Numbered from the stretch's first letter, positions 11,547 through 24,759 are shown. The stretch: 64,000 bases of DNA from Emiliania huxleyi CCMP1516 (GCF_000372725.1 NW_005201183.1:237089-301088), one strand, 5' to 3'. A program made the numbers and translations. The notes: generated by a model from the letters alone, not told the origin.

Positions 11547-14474
11547 CGGCGCAATCTCGGCCACTCTCGGCGAATGAAGAGCGGCGCGTTTTGTGTAGGT
11601 CGGACCCACAAACACGAAGGATCGGGAGAGCTGACGGAGGCGGCTGTGTTCGCACGGCAAGCCGCGTGGCGCGATGCGCGGACAATGGCCTCCTCCATCG
11701 GCCGGGAGCGGCGCGGAGCGCTTCGAGGTGTGTTGGGCACGCTGCACCTTCCGCCCTCGCTCCGAGACGTCTCGCACGCCTTCGGCGCGCGGGGGTGTGT
11801 GCGTGGACTGTCGCTGTGGGCCTCTGAGGTCTGAGTACTGATACTGAAAGTCGTGTCTCCGGGTGACTCGTCGCTATGTGCACGTCTCAGCGTCTCCGCG
11901 GCGGCGGCCCGGCGGCGGCCCGGCGGAGCGCGGTCAGAGCAGGGTTGTTGTGCGACGGAGTACCTAGGTATCGGAGTAATATTGCTACTTTATACTGACG
12001 TATGGGCCCCACGCGATGTCTCAAATATGAGGGGTTTTGACTCCTACTTTACCAGCTCCTGACGCTATCCTTGGCAGCTCTAATGATGACCCGACCATGC
12101 CACACTCGCCCGGACCGTCCCCTTCTGGGGCCGGTTCCGCAGCCCGCGAGAGCCGACAGCGGGGCCGTGCCGCGGGTGCCTACTGCCGAGTGCCACAAAC
12201 ACTGCGCCGTCCCGCCATCACCTACAGGCTGTCTTGTGTGATGGTTGGGATGTCCAAACGCCACCATCTTGGCTCTTGCGACCTCAAACCCGCGAGCTGT
12301 ATGGGTGGTCCTGACGTCGACAGACGCCCGATGACCACGGTGAAGCTGAGCCGGAACGAGTCGACAAGTCTCGTCTGAGCCCGTGGCGGTCGCCTGCTGA
12401 GTCGCCGTACACGGGCCGGTACCTCAGGCGTCACCTCCGCAGCCTCAGGTCTCAAACTCCACCACCTCCGACGGGACGCCTTCGGTGGCACGCTCGGCGG
12501 CGTACTTTCTGCAGCTCCACAGCGAGCGCGGCGTCGAACCTACTCATTCCTGTTGGATACACCCAGGGAGTGCGTGTATCCAGCAAGCGGTGCGTCCCGG
12601 CAGCGCGCGCAGGCTGCGGAGCTGCAACAAAGTCGAGACACGCTTTTTGGGACATTTTCGACGCTTTTGGCGCCGCACAACAACCCAGTCAGCACTGCGC
12701 CGGCCGGCGATCGAACCGGTGAAACTATAACACGGGCTCTATTGAAGGCCTCGAGGTGCTCTTTAGGGCTGCCCTATTCTGCTCGCCCGGCTACGTCGCC
12801 GGGCTTCGAAGGAAAAGGTTTCGCTCGGCACGGCGTCGGAGAGCAAACTTCGGAATTCATCAAGTGGGCTGCATGATCAGGCGGGCTGCTGCTCAGTCAG
12901 AATCTGGGCCCTCTCGGCGCTCGCTCTCGCGCTCTTCATAACGGCGTTGCCCCCTCCCTCCCGCGCCGACGTTGGGCAGCCCGACCACGACAACGCCAGC
13001 GCCGCCGGCCTGCAACTCGAGGCGCCATTAGGCGGCTAGCGTGGGGAAGCGCTCCGTCCCTAGCGACTCGAGAGGGATCCCCACCGCCTGCCAGTGGCGC
13101 GTCACTTGTATTGCCCGCTGTTTGGCCACCCGAGCCACCATCCTCAGGGCGCCTCCTTCCATCCCGAGCAGCGCTCCCGCCATCTCCGCCTCCGCCATTC
13201 CCACTAGTCGCAGGAATCGGGGGAGGGCGGCCGGCACCGCCCCGTCGGGGACGGCCTCCTCCGGGGCCGCTCCAGCAAGCTCGTGTAGAGCTTGCAGCGC
13301 TGCCGCCGCGTCTTTCGCCTCCTCCCCGCCCCCCACAACCTTGTCTGACAGAGGTAGGAATGACAGGGAGTCGGGCTGCCAGCGCACCACCCTCCATGGT
13401 GCCATGAAGTCCACCTCCCCACAACACGTCTGCGCAGTCCACGCCAGCGTCCGCCGGACCCCGCCCCCATACCACGCAGGGGCCCATCTGGTCGGTGCGC
13501 CTGACCCTCGCCCCCCCGTTACCACCCGCCACGAATGCAAGCCGCCGTAGCGCCTCGGTGCCCACCGTCCTGGCCACGTCGTCCCTCCTCGACGCAAAGA
13601 GGAGGACTCTGACGTCTCGAGGGTTCATCAGCCGGCTGTGACGGCGGAGCACTCCCGGTCGGCGGCATCTCGGCGGGCGGAGAGGGTCCCCTCCCCCCCC
13701 TGCCCACGCGTGGGTGTTCGTTCGCGTAAGCCGACTCCGTGGCGTTGGCCCATCCTGCAGCGTGACCAAAGGCGATCGTCCTGGCCGGGAAGAAGAGAAC
13801 CGCATCCACTGCTACCCCGTTGCCACCCAGGCTCTGATAGGCACGGCAGGACTTCGGGTCGGGTCCCCTTCTCGCGGCGCCTCCTGGACGACCATCACTA
13901 CCCCTCCGCCCGCCTCCGCCGTGGCCACCGCCTTCTTGTACACTCTCGCGAGGGCACCCTGCCCGTGTTCATCAGCCGTGACCAGAACAGTATGTGGCCA
14001 CGGGGTCCTCGGCCACTCGTTCGCGGCGACGTCGCGAAGTGAAAATTCTTTTCTTCGCACGACACGATTCACGCATCACGGATCACGCGACAGGCGAGTC
14101 GTGCGACCGCCTTTTGTTGTAAAAGAGTCGGAGGATGATGGGGATGGTCCTCTCGGCGAGCACCACGGTGCTCGCGGATTCGACCATCCGCCTGACTACC
14201 AGTCCGACGACGCCTTCTGTGAGGAGGACGGCATCTGTGAGGGCGACGGCTTCGAAGCCGTCGCCTTTGCGGTGCCAGTCCCGTACCCGGTGTCGTGCGA
14301 GGGAGTTTGTGTAAAATTCCTTTCTTCAGTTCGAAGTGTAAATTCTTTTCTTCGCACAGAACGAGCACGCTTCCCGCTTTGGTTGGATTTTGTAGATCTA
14401 TATTGGTCTCGCCTGCGGCTGCTCCAGTCGCGCTGCGGATTGGCCGCACGTTGCCGGAAGGTGTGTCCGAGCCG

Positions 14475-15188
14475 ATGCTTGGAGCGGACGCCTCGCGCCC
14501 AAACAACGTGCGGGCGCTGGGGACCGCGCTGGGCATCTCTGCGCTCTGGACGGCGGCGCAGCTGACGGGAGCCCTGCTCGCCAACTCGTCCTCGCTGCTG
14601 AGCGATGGCCTCGCGATGTGTGTCGATGTCTGTGCGTACGGACTCAACCTCGCGTCAGAGGTAAGGTCGGCAGGGAGGGCCTGCAAGCTGGTGGCGCCGT
14701 TCGTTTCGGCGGTGGCGCTGTTGCTCGTCACGGCCTACTCGGTGGCGGACGCGCTGGGCGACCTTCGCGAGGGCGGAGCGAAGAAGCAGGTGGACGGCCG
14801 CCTGGTTCTCGGCTTTGGGCTCGCGATGCTCTTCGCCGACCTCGCGATGCTCGGCGCCATCTTCTTCCGCGGCAACGCGGCGCGGCTGCAGGGGTCGCCC
14901 TTTGGCGCCGTCTGCAGCGTCTCGCGCAAGTCGGAGCTAAACCTCTTTTCCGGCCTGGCGCACGTCCTCGCAGATACACTTCGCTCGCTTACCCAGGTGG
15001 CGGTTGGCGTGGTGATCCTCGCCGGCGGCCCGTCCAATATTGTGGATGGGTGCGGGACGCTGGCTATCTCGAGCACGATCCTGCTGGGCGCGCTCTTCCT
15101 GCTGTACGAGGTGGGGGTGCAGTGGAGGCACGCGATGGAGTGCGCTCGCTGCAACGGAGGCGATGCCAGCTACACGCAGTGGCTCTGA
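14475..15188 (+). CDS. Cation diffusion facilitator (cation efflux) family transporter, TM domain only
   Basis: Six hydrophobic segments; ANSSSLLSDGLAMCVD (TM2), NLFSGLAHVLADTLRS (TM5), VDGCG (TM6). Confidence 0.85.
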   Translation: MLGADASRPNNVRALGTALGISALWTAAQLTGALLANSSSLLSDGLAMCVDVCAYGLNLASEVRSAGRACKLVAPFVSAVALLLVTAYSVADALGDLREGGAKKQVDGRLVLGFGLAMLFADLAMLGAIFFRGNAARLQGSPFGAVCSVSRKSELNLFSGLAHVLADTLRSLTQVAVGVVILAGGPSNIVDGCGTLAISSTILLGALFLLYEVGVQWRHAMECARCNGGDASYTQWL

Positions 15189-16159
15189 GCTGCAAGGCGC
15201 GCGCCTTGCACCGAGCTGTCGGAGCGTGCCTCCCACCAGTACGGCTTTACCACCACCGCCGCCGCCGCCGCCGCCTACTGTCTATACCGGCTTGCACTGC
15301 CGGGGTGCAGCTATGTGCGTCCTACCACTACACCGACCACCGTACTATCGCCCCCAAAAGCAAATAGTCCTCTCACTCCACAGAGAGACCTCACACGCGC
15401 GAGTCCCGGCGCTGCCGCTGCGCGCTCGCACTGCGTGGCCGCGTCGCCCGCGACATATACATGCGATACGCGATGGACCGGTCCGCACCGCCGCGGTGGT
15501 GGCACAGCTGCTCACCAGCTCGCAGCTTGCTGCTGGCCTGCCAGGCGGCACAGCTGCTCATCTAGATCTTTCACCTAGAGCTTCCTTACGGGGTTGACTA
15601 GGGGAGCGGCGGGGTGTTGTATACGGCTTTATGAGCTCGTTTTCCTTTTATGATCGCGGCGCTTCTTCGTGTAAAAGGGGGAGGACCCTCAGTTGCAGAT
15701 GCACAGGGGTTGTGTGCCAGGCCCCCCTACCTCGGCTCCAGCGTGTAGACAAGTGTTGTCATCAACAGAATAGAAGAATCTGACCTCGGGGCCGATGTGA
15801 CCAAGCGCTGGTGGCGTGGTTTAACCTCACACCCATGGTCTCATAGTGTGCCGGCAGTCGCCGAGCAGTGTCGCTCACACAAGCCGCAGCACAAGTGGCT
15901 GAGGGCAAGTGAGGGCGAGCGCCCATCGCTGCCACAGCTGTGGCAGCCGCACAGTAGTCTGTGCCATCAGTGCAGAGCGTGTGAGCAGCAGAGGAGCTGC
16001 TCTCCAGGCTTCTGTTGCAAAGAGCTGCATGCCACCGAAGGCGCTGTCGAGGTTCGCCGAGCGCGGCGCAGGTTCAGGGACATCGCCATCGACGAGCGTT
16101 GGACTTTTCACTCCGGACAAAGACGGCTACACCTCACGGTCCTCCCCCACCGACGTCGG

Positions 16160-18084
16160 ACACGGCGTACTCAGTGTTGACTGATGCGCTACCGGTTGGA
16201 CCGCGAAGATGTAAGAAGCCACGTCGACGGGGGCTGTGCGACCTGTGCGGCCTGCTCAGCGGCGTGAGAGTGATTGAAACGACACGCCACCTCGCCCTCG
16301 AATGTCCATACACCACACTGACCCTCGAGGCGGTACTCCGCGCAGTTCTAGAAAGCACGACCCTGGATGAAGCCGTGCTAGAGGAGCCTGAGGAGGTACG
16401 GGGCATGGGGCATTTAGTCCACGAATACCGCCGACTCTGCATCACCGGTTTCCGTCTGACCACGGGCAGAAGACAGATGGCTGAGGGGCGCATTGGGGCG
16501 ACGCCGACTCGCGTTATTATGCTTGAGACACTTGCAGGCATCGTACGACGGCGCCACCGGAACGCCCTCCTCGCGCCGGACGACACGCCGGACGTGCGAG
16601 TTGACACGATTTACAACGAGGCGCGCCGAGCTCTAATCCGGACTTACGCCCACACCCGCCGCCGAGCTCTCGACGAGGAGAAGGCGATTCGCCTCCGAAT
16701 CCCGGGCTGGCAGCCGTCGCCGGGGGAGGGGCCTGTTGCGGAGTGGGAGACGGAGTGGCGCGCCTCAGGTTTCTTTTCCAGCGAAGGCGAGTGCGAGCTT
16801 CCCGAGACGCTCGAATCTGTCCGAGGGGTGGCGGCAAACGGCTGCGCGGTGAGCACAGTCGCACTCCTCTGTGTAGCGCCTCAGGGTGAGGGGGGGGCAT
16901 GCCGGGTCAAGCCCTGAGACTAATGGTCGAGGCACCAGGGGTCGTTCTTCGCCCACAGCAGCAACTGACAGAGCAGGCGCAACGACGCCCGCCCGACTGG
17001 GTGGCATACACAGACGGGTCGGAAGACCTAGGGAAAGCAGGGTGGGCCTATGCAGTACTCATCGGGGGCGACGCCATCGGCGATGAGGGCGCGTCGCTGA
17101 CGAGCGAGGGCTACGGGCCAGTTGTCACTTCGGCGGCGCACCCAGCCTTCCTCGGCGCGCGTAAGCATACCAACAACACGGCGGAACTAACCGCCCTAGC
17201 CGAGCTGCTCCGAGCTCTCCTATCCTCGTCACAGCAACGAGCGGGCTCACGCGGAGTAGTTCGCACCGACAGCGAGTACGCGGCGGCATGCATGATGGGG
17301 CGGGTGACCCCCAAAACGAACAGACAGCTGGCGGAGAACCTGCGTTCCCTCTGGCAACGCCTTCGCGCCAAACACACCGTGACGTGGAGGCATGTGGCGG
17401 GTCACAGCGGCAACAAATGGAACGACTACGTCGACGAGCTAGCTGCTCGCGGCAGGCAGGGTGACAGAGGCTCAAACGCTGCCGAGTGGGCGGACAACAC
17501 CATCCCGACGGACACTCCCGACGCGGGAAGCGACGCGGGGGGGGGCGACAGCAACACCGTTGGACACGGAGCAACGGGCGGCGGCCAGGACTCGGAGAGG
17601 GAAGATGATAGCGACGCCGACTGTGGACCTGCTACACCAATGCGCAATGGCTACAGCCCCAGCCAGCCCCGTCAGCCACCCCTCGCCCGCCACCGACCCT
17701 GAAGTCGCACCCGTCGCTAACCCTCGCCGTGCCCCCCGAGTTCGAGCGATATGGTCCGAGTACGCGCCGAGCGAGCAGGCGAGGGAGATCGGAGACGATC
17801 GGGGAGCGCGATGCGTAATTGCCCTCGATGTTGACCCTCCCCCACCACCCCTCTCCCCGGACGACGCCGCTCTCGCATCTGCTATGGGCTCTCTCTCGAT
17901 ACACAACACGCTCGCCGACTTGGCAACAAGGGTTGACTCCATCGCGCTAGGCGACGAACCTGCCCCCGCCCCTCGGGGCGGGGGCCCCCGCCCCCCCGAG
18001 GGGGCCTTTGGGGCCTCTCCAGGGGGCGTGTGCCGGTTCTCCCCAACCAACCCCGCCGGCAGCGCGAGCTGCCGGCCATATTGA
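16160..18084 (+). mobile_element. 5'-truncated non-LTR retrotransposon fragment: zf-RVT-like CCHC finger followed by RNase H, frameshifted
   Basis: DALPVG...CDLCG...ETTRHLALECP; RNase H motifs YTDGS, TNNTAEL, RTDSEY, WRHVAGHSGNKWNDYVDELA. The frame changes at a G-run near 16890. Confidence 0.8.
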
Positions 18085-19562
18085 GCGGTTCGTCCGCGTC
18101 GCGCACTCGTCCCAACCGGGGGCCGCAGACTCGTTCTGCGCGCCAACGGCTGGTGACGCTGTGTTGCCCTTGAGCTAGTCCTTCCCCGGTCGCCTAGCAT
18201 CTGCGCTGTCTGGTATGCCATGCGCGCGGACCACGCTTGCGTGGATACGTGGCTGGCAGGCTGACCCGTGTGCGGGCGGTAACCCGCGCTCGGGGAAGCT
18301 TCATGGGTTCGAGTCGTCAAACATTAAGCAGCGGAGGTGTGCCGAGGGGGGCCGGGAGGCGGTAAGTCTTATAGGCCGGTCGCTCCCCCGTCTTTGGGCC
18401 CTGTTGAGTCGTTTCGGAAGTTGAAGTTGGCGCATCACAAAGAACCCAAATCCAACCCTGCCAACCGAGCAAGCCCATGGGGGACGCGAGGTCTTGCTCC
18501 ACCTTCTCGGCGCTCGCGTCGCCCAACCTGAGAGCCTCATCCGCCATGCCGGGGCACATCTTGACCGGAGCCGGTCACATGTCCATCGTGCCCAAGACGG
18601 GGCACGGTCGACTCGACCGCGGCCGATGGCACCGGCCCAACGGCCGACCAAGATTTTACGCCTCCGAACGCCGGGCCGGTGAGGTGGCGGGTCGGGCGAC
18701 ACGGAAAATCGGTGGCTGACAACGACTTTTTGAGGCCATCGGTTTGAGGTCTGCAGACATTTTCTGGATGATCTCGCATTTCCCGAGGCGTAATCGCAGA
18801 TCCAGACGGCCCAGCAGGTGGGCGCTGCAGGCGAGCCGCCTCACATCCTTCGCCCCCCCCGTCGCTCACGCTGCCTCTGAAGCACCGGACCACCCCCCCC
18901 GCGCCCAGGCGGCCTAGCTGCCGCGGGCTCCACCCACGCGGGCCACCATCAGCGCCGCCCGACGGCTCAGAACCTCTCTCTTTAGGTCCCACAAAAGGCG
19001 GCGAGCGAGCGGCGAGGCAGATGAATCGAGCTCTGGACGCATGCCGCGAGAGCTGTGAGGGTCGCAGCTCGGCCTCCATCTTGCCCGGTAGTGGCGCGTC
19101 GGCTTGCCGGCTCACGGGGGTCACTGCCCCTAGGTGCCGCCTCACCTCGCCTCTATGCACCCTTCACCCTCTAGCGCCTCACCCTGCCCGGTGCCGTGGT
19201 AGTGGCGGTGTCAGCCATGCTGGACCGGCGGCAGCGAGGCCGACGGGCGTGGCTGCGGCGACAACGGCGGCTTGGCCCGTGACGGCGACGGCGCTGACGG
19301 CAGAGCAGCTGCGGCCGGCACGGGCGGGTGCGGCCGAGCAGCGCGGCGCTCACAGCAGGCGGCCGGCGTGGCGGCGGCGACGGCGCCGCACGAGGAAGCG
19401 GTGGCGCAGCCGCGCATGACAGGTCCGGCGCGTGTCGAGCAGCGAGGTGGCGCGCCGCGCTGCCGACGCGCCCCCAGGCCGGAGGCGGCCGCCGCGTGCC
19501 GAGCCGCGGGCTGTTGGTGCTTACAGTCTGCGGCGGCGGCGCCGCCGCCGCGGAGCGAGGCA

Positions 19563-19596
<34 letters not shown>

Positions 19597-21856
19597 GGGA
19601 TGCGGCGGCTGCACGTTGTGCCTCGAGGCGTCGCTCGCGGCGCTGGTGCGGCGCGTGGTTGGCTGACGAGGTTGCGCGCGCACGGCGCACGAGGGTGTAG
19701 TCACGTCCCTCGGCTCTCGCCACCGCTGTCGCCGCGCGCTCCGCGTTCGTTGTCGCCGGCGCTGCCCGCCTCGAGCCACTGCGGCCACTGCCGCGCGACG
19801 TTGCGCCGCGCCATGCTGGCCGTCGCTCTCTCGACGTTGTGGAGAAGGCTCTGTCCCACGTCGAGAGGAGGCGTTCCCGCGGTGATATTGACCCAGCTCT
19901 GTTGTCTCTAGGCTGCGTCGGCACGGGAGGCGCTGCGGGCGGGAAGGTGGAGCGGGCTGCGGAGCGGCAGATTAGTGGCAGTGGCGACGGGCGGGGCGGC
20001 AGCGAGCAGGGTGGCGAGTGAGACGTTGGAGAGGCGGGGCTGGGGAGGCTGGTGCCGGTGCCACTACAGGCGGTGCAGGTGCGGTGTGCTACTGTAGTGC
20101 TCGCTCACCGGAGCGAGCGCGGCGGTCGGACCGTCCTGGCAAGGGCCGCTGACCAGGACGGTCGCCAGGAGTCGGCTTGCACCGCGAGAGCGGCGAGGCG
20201 GGGGGAGAGGCTTGGTGAGGGTGTCCGCGGTGGTGCCGGTGTGTTAGTTAGGGGGAGAGGCGCGGGCCGGGGGAGCGGGAGGGGGTGGGGGGGTGGAAAA
20301 TTTCGATACCCTAAGGTGCCCTGGTGATCCTGGGTTAGCATCGTCTCTTCTGAGCCCGCTCTTGATGGGTTGGAAGCGTTTTCATAGCGAATTCACGCCG
20401 ATTTTGCCATACGGACGTCCCTGGCGCGCGCTCTTGAAGGCCTCATCCTGGGATGGTGCTCGCCAGCGTGAGTTCATACAGTGCTGCGAGCTGGCCTAAG
20501 GCCGGACCTTACGACGGTCCAGCGCTGGGCAGCGTGATGGCTCTTACTCGAGGCGCGACATGAGTGTACGAGGACCTCAACGTCTCGGTTTGGCGAACCA
20601 GCATGAGGAGCGGAGCCGCTGTAGCTCCTCCCTGCAGCTTGCGCGTCGCGGTTTGGCCGACGTCCCATCCACCGCGCATACTGCGGCGGCTCTCCAGCTC
20701 AAGAAGGCTGCGCTCGACCACCACATCGCCCGAGTCAGTGGTCCGGACGCCCCGCTGAGCCTCGCGCCGCAGTGCAGCCAGTTTGCGCGGCCGTGATGCG
20801 CGAATCGAACCGGTGCGATGTTGTTCGGCACTCTAGATGGCCTGAACATGCTTGCGTTCAAGTCTTGAGGTCTGCGCTTAAACTTGAAAATTTAATAAAA
20901 TCGGGTCCGACCGGCCTAGGTATGTCGTCGTCGCCCGGCGCTGCTTGCAGCACCATGGCGATGGCGCTAAGAGCAAAGAGGTTCCTCTTTTCCGCGCCCC
21001 CCCGCAAGGCATCGATACACACCCCGTAAAGTACGCGGCGTACGCGGGTAAACGCGTAAAGCCGCTTAAAAGCCGCGTACGAACTCCCGCAAGTGCTATT
21101 AGCACAAAAAAATCACAGAAAATTCACAAGCGCTCGCGGAGCCGAGCCACGCGTCACGCAGCAGCCCTGAGGTGCCCTGAGCACACATGCGAGCGCCCAT
21201 GGTCATATCTTGTCGTGCACTCGCCTGACAGTAGTTTGCGGAAGACCGCCGCCAGCATGTCGTCGCACCGGCGCTGCCGGTGGCCGAAGGCAGCCACCGT
21301 GGGTCCAGCAGCGCGAGCTGGTGTGCATCCGCGCTCCCAGAGCATACCGGTGGATGGCCTTGACCAGGCCTGAGCAGCGCAGGAGCGGAGGCAGCCTCTG
21401 TCTGGACGAGCAGCGCTGGATCGCCAAACCAGCAGAAGAGCGCCGAGCGGCGGCGCCGACTCCGTGAGGCCACTCCAACTCGCACATCTCAAGCTGTATC
21501 TCGAGAACGCGATCGAGTTAGAAGCTCATCGACACGGCGTCTTCAATGGTTTGGCTAGCCCGTCACTCCAGTGGCCGAGAGGAGCGACGGAGCGATTGTG
21601 CGGTCCCCATTTCATGGTTTGTGCTAATAGCACTTACGGGAGGGTGGTACGGCTTTTTTTAAGTTTGTATAGGCCGTCGTCGACGGAGATCGGAGTGAAC
21701 ACGGCGCGTCAAAAGCTTCGCCGAGACCGACGACGCAGACACATAGCACACCCCGCCCCTGTGTTCTGGCGTTTTTATTAACTCACGCACCCCCGGCGAC
21801 CGGCGCTCGACCGCGCCGGGCCGCCGGCGCACTGCTGCGTCCGCGCGGCCGAACGG

Positions 21857-22806
21857 CTAGCCTTCTTCCGGCGCCGCGCCCGCCCCCTGCCCTCCCTCTC
21901 CAGCGGCGCCGTCGATCGCGAGGCAGAACAGGGCGTCGTCGAGCACCGCGACGCCGCCGCCGATCTGGCGCGATAAATACGGCAGCCTCGACCACGCAGA
22001 CACCCTCAGCCCGAGCGGCGAGAGCACGAGGTCGGCGAAGAGCGCCACAGATTCCTCGAAGCGTCTCTCGCGCAGCAGCGGCGGCGGGAGCCGCTCGGTC
22101 GGAGGGACGCTGCAGCCGGCGGCGGCGAGGACGGCGGGCCGGAAGGGCAGGGCGACGCCGAGCAACAGCACGCCTCCCGGCGGCGCGGCTGCGAGCATGT
22201 CTCTCAGCCGGCGCAGCAGCGTCAGCGGGCGCGCCGTTCGGTCGAGTACGTTTAGGCAGGAGAGGAGGCCGAAGCGTGCTGACGCGGTGGGCTGCTCTTC
22301 GACGGCGCAGTCGTAGCCGCGCGCCGCCAGGCGCAGCGCGCTGAGTCGCGACACCTCGGTCACGCACACGCGTGAGGCGCCCGTCGCCGCCGCGAGGCGG
22401 GCGGTGGTGGCTCCGTCGGCGGCGCCCACGTCGAGCATGCTGCCGCCGCTGCACGATGCCGCGCCGGCGGCGTCCAGCAGGCGGCGCGCCTGCTCGGCTG
22501 AGCAGGCGAACATTGTCTCGTGGAAGAGCGCCATCGTGTCGGCGTGCGTGAGGCAGAGCTTCAACAGCGCCGCAACCAGGCTGGAGCCGACATCGGCCAG
22601 CACCGAGCGGAGGCTGCAGGCGGAGCTGATGTACGTGGCGGTGGCCTCGTCCGCACTCAGCAGACAGAAGCTCGAGCAGAGCTCCGGAGGCAACTTTGAG
22701 CGGTCGATGTCGTAACGCAGGCGCGGGCCGCGGCGAAGGGGCGAGTCGTGCGGCGCCTCAGACTCGCACGCCTCGCGTAGCGAGCGGCGGAGGAGGGAGC
22801 GGATAC
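21857..22806 (-). CDS. METTL9: DREV/METTL9-like methyltransferase (5' end unresolved)
   Basis: YDIDRSKLPP, MFACSAEQ, MLDVGAADG, TEVS, LSCLNVLDR, LLGVALPF, WSRLPYL, LDDALF match DREV family motifs. Confidence 0.85.
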
Positions 22807-22982
22807 ATCACATGCACTGCTGCCATGCATGCCAACCCGGGGTGACTACGGTTTCTTGTTTCCTCCGAGGGAGGAGGGCCCTGAATGATGTGTACGCCCA
22901 CTCAGGGTGTGTGGCAGCCAGCTGGCTGTGTGTCTTGTGTGTGAGTCTTGTGTGTCTGTGTGTGTGTCGCTCGTGCGTGTCG

Positions 22983-23082
22983 TCATCATCTGTCTGTCCC
23001 GCCCGCGTCCACCCACCCATCCATACCGCGTTGGTTGGTGTCCAGTCCGAGCCTGACTGTTCTTCACCTTCCTATCTAACCT
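22983..23082 (+). repeat. Retroelement/SINE-like 3' end with ACCT-like tail, copy 1
   Basis: tcatcatctgtc...ccataccgcgttgg..tgtccagtccgagcctg.ctgttcttcacctt is shared with 50900-50986. Confidence 0.7.
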
Positions 23083-24759
23083 AAAGCGTCGTATTCTCGT
23101 ATTCTTCGAGTAAGGTATTGCGTGGGGGCGGTGCGTATACGCTTCCACAAGTGCCGTCAACGCCATCGGTCCTTGCTTGCCCCCGCGTACGTCCCGTGAC
23201 ATTTGGCCCATATGTGTGTGACATTTTGCAACTGGTACTGTGACATTTGAATCGCAAATGGGACCCGAATGGGACCGGAACGAATATTGGGACCCGGGTC
23301 CCACTGGGACCCAGGCGCTCTCCTGCCGCTGGCGTGCTCCGCGCCGACCCCGACCGTCGGCGCTGCACGTGAGGCATAGCTACCCCAACGCCCTGCGAGC
23401 TTCCCCGCGCGCCCTGGGCGCCTCGGCGACCCCCCTCGCGAACCCTGTATTGTTACTTTTTTTAACAGTAGTGGCATTCGTCGCACGAGGCGCAGTTTCC
23501 ATCGTATCTGTTGCTTCCACCGTAACAGAACGGGGCGGAGGCGTCGCAGTCTGAGTGTGCAGTGCAACCGCCTTCAACGATCCCCCCTGGGGAGGAGAGA
23601 GGCGGTGGGAACTCTGTACCCCCCCTCGTTAGGCTCGACCCCTGCCTCCCCAACCCCTCCCCAAGGCTGGCTCACTAGGGCAGGTGCAGTCAGACGGAGT
23701 CCATGCGGATCCGCGACACCAAGCGCCATGCGCAGAGAATGTTGGGTGCTCTTGACAGTATTCCCGAGCCCAGTCATTGCTGGGATCTGTGTCTCGTTGT
23801 TGCACCACCAGAGACCGGCCAGCCCACCTGCCCAACACAAGAATGTCTTCTTTCATTTCGCAGGGTCAGCCCCACCCCACTCCATTACCCCCCCGCCCCT
23901 CCGAGTCCGCCGCTCACGCCCCCCCCCCCGCCCGCACACACACACATAAACATAATGAACTGACACTGCAACACGTGCATCCCAAATTTGCAAGCAGCAA
24001 GAGCCCCCTCTCCTTCCCGGAAACCTACCGCCCAACCCAGGCGCTCAGGGCCCAGCCGGTGGAGGGGAGGTGGGAGGTGGGAGAGGGGAGAGGGGAGAGG
24101 GGAGAGGGGAGCGGAGAGAGGGGAGGAGGAGGGTGTGATCTCGGGTGTGCCCCCCCCCCAGCATGAAGGATTAGAGGCGGTGGGAAAAAGCAGGATGTAG
24201 GATGGACAGAGGACGTCAGAGAGCGGCTAGAGAGGAGAGAGGAGAGGGGAGAGACCAGAGATGAGAGCGGCGAGAGAGGAGAGAGGAGAGGGGAGAGTCA
24301 AGAGATGAGAGCGGCTCTCGCAACATCGTTCGTCTTCGATCTCGAAGCAAAGGCGCGGGCGACCCCGGCTGTCGCAAGGTCGTTCAAGGAGGGCTGGTGG
24401 GCGATCGAGCGCATCTTTTACGGCTTCTTTCAGCACTCCAACACCGCCCTCGCCGTCCCCAAGGCTGATGGCTTCAACGGCTCACACGACGTCCACATGT
24501 TCGCGGGGGACTGCAAGGATGCGGCCGCCGCGCGGAAGGATGGGCTCCTGACCATGTACAGCTAGTATTGAGCCGTGCTGTGCTTATCGTGCCGTGCCGT
24601 GTAGTGTGCCGTGTAGTGTGCCGCATGTTGCCACACGTCACGCGCCCCTCCTCACCCCCGCACCGGCTCCCTGTCACCAGCGCGGTATTCCATGCGCGTG
24701 CCCGCCGTGCATTGCTCTTCAGTGGGGGGACTGCGAGATGGTCGCCGTCTTTGGCAAGG

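Noticed and set aside
11850..14070. Long ORFs on both strands
   Set aside because: No recognisable domain and the frames are broken; probably decayed repeat DNA.
18100..21800. Numerous overlapping Arg/Ala/Pro-rich ORFs
   Set aside because: Expected from very high GC content and GCG tracts; no motifs.
24305..24565. Protein-like 86-aa ORF
   Set aside because: May be an exon, but I could not assign a family or a gene model.
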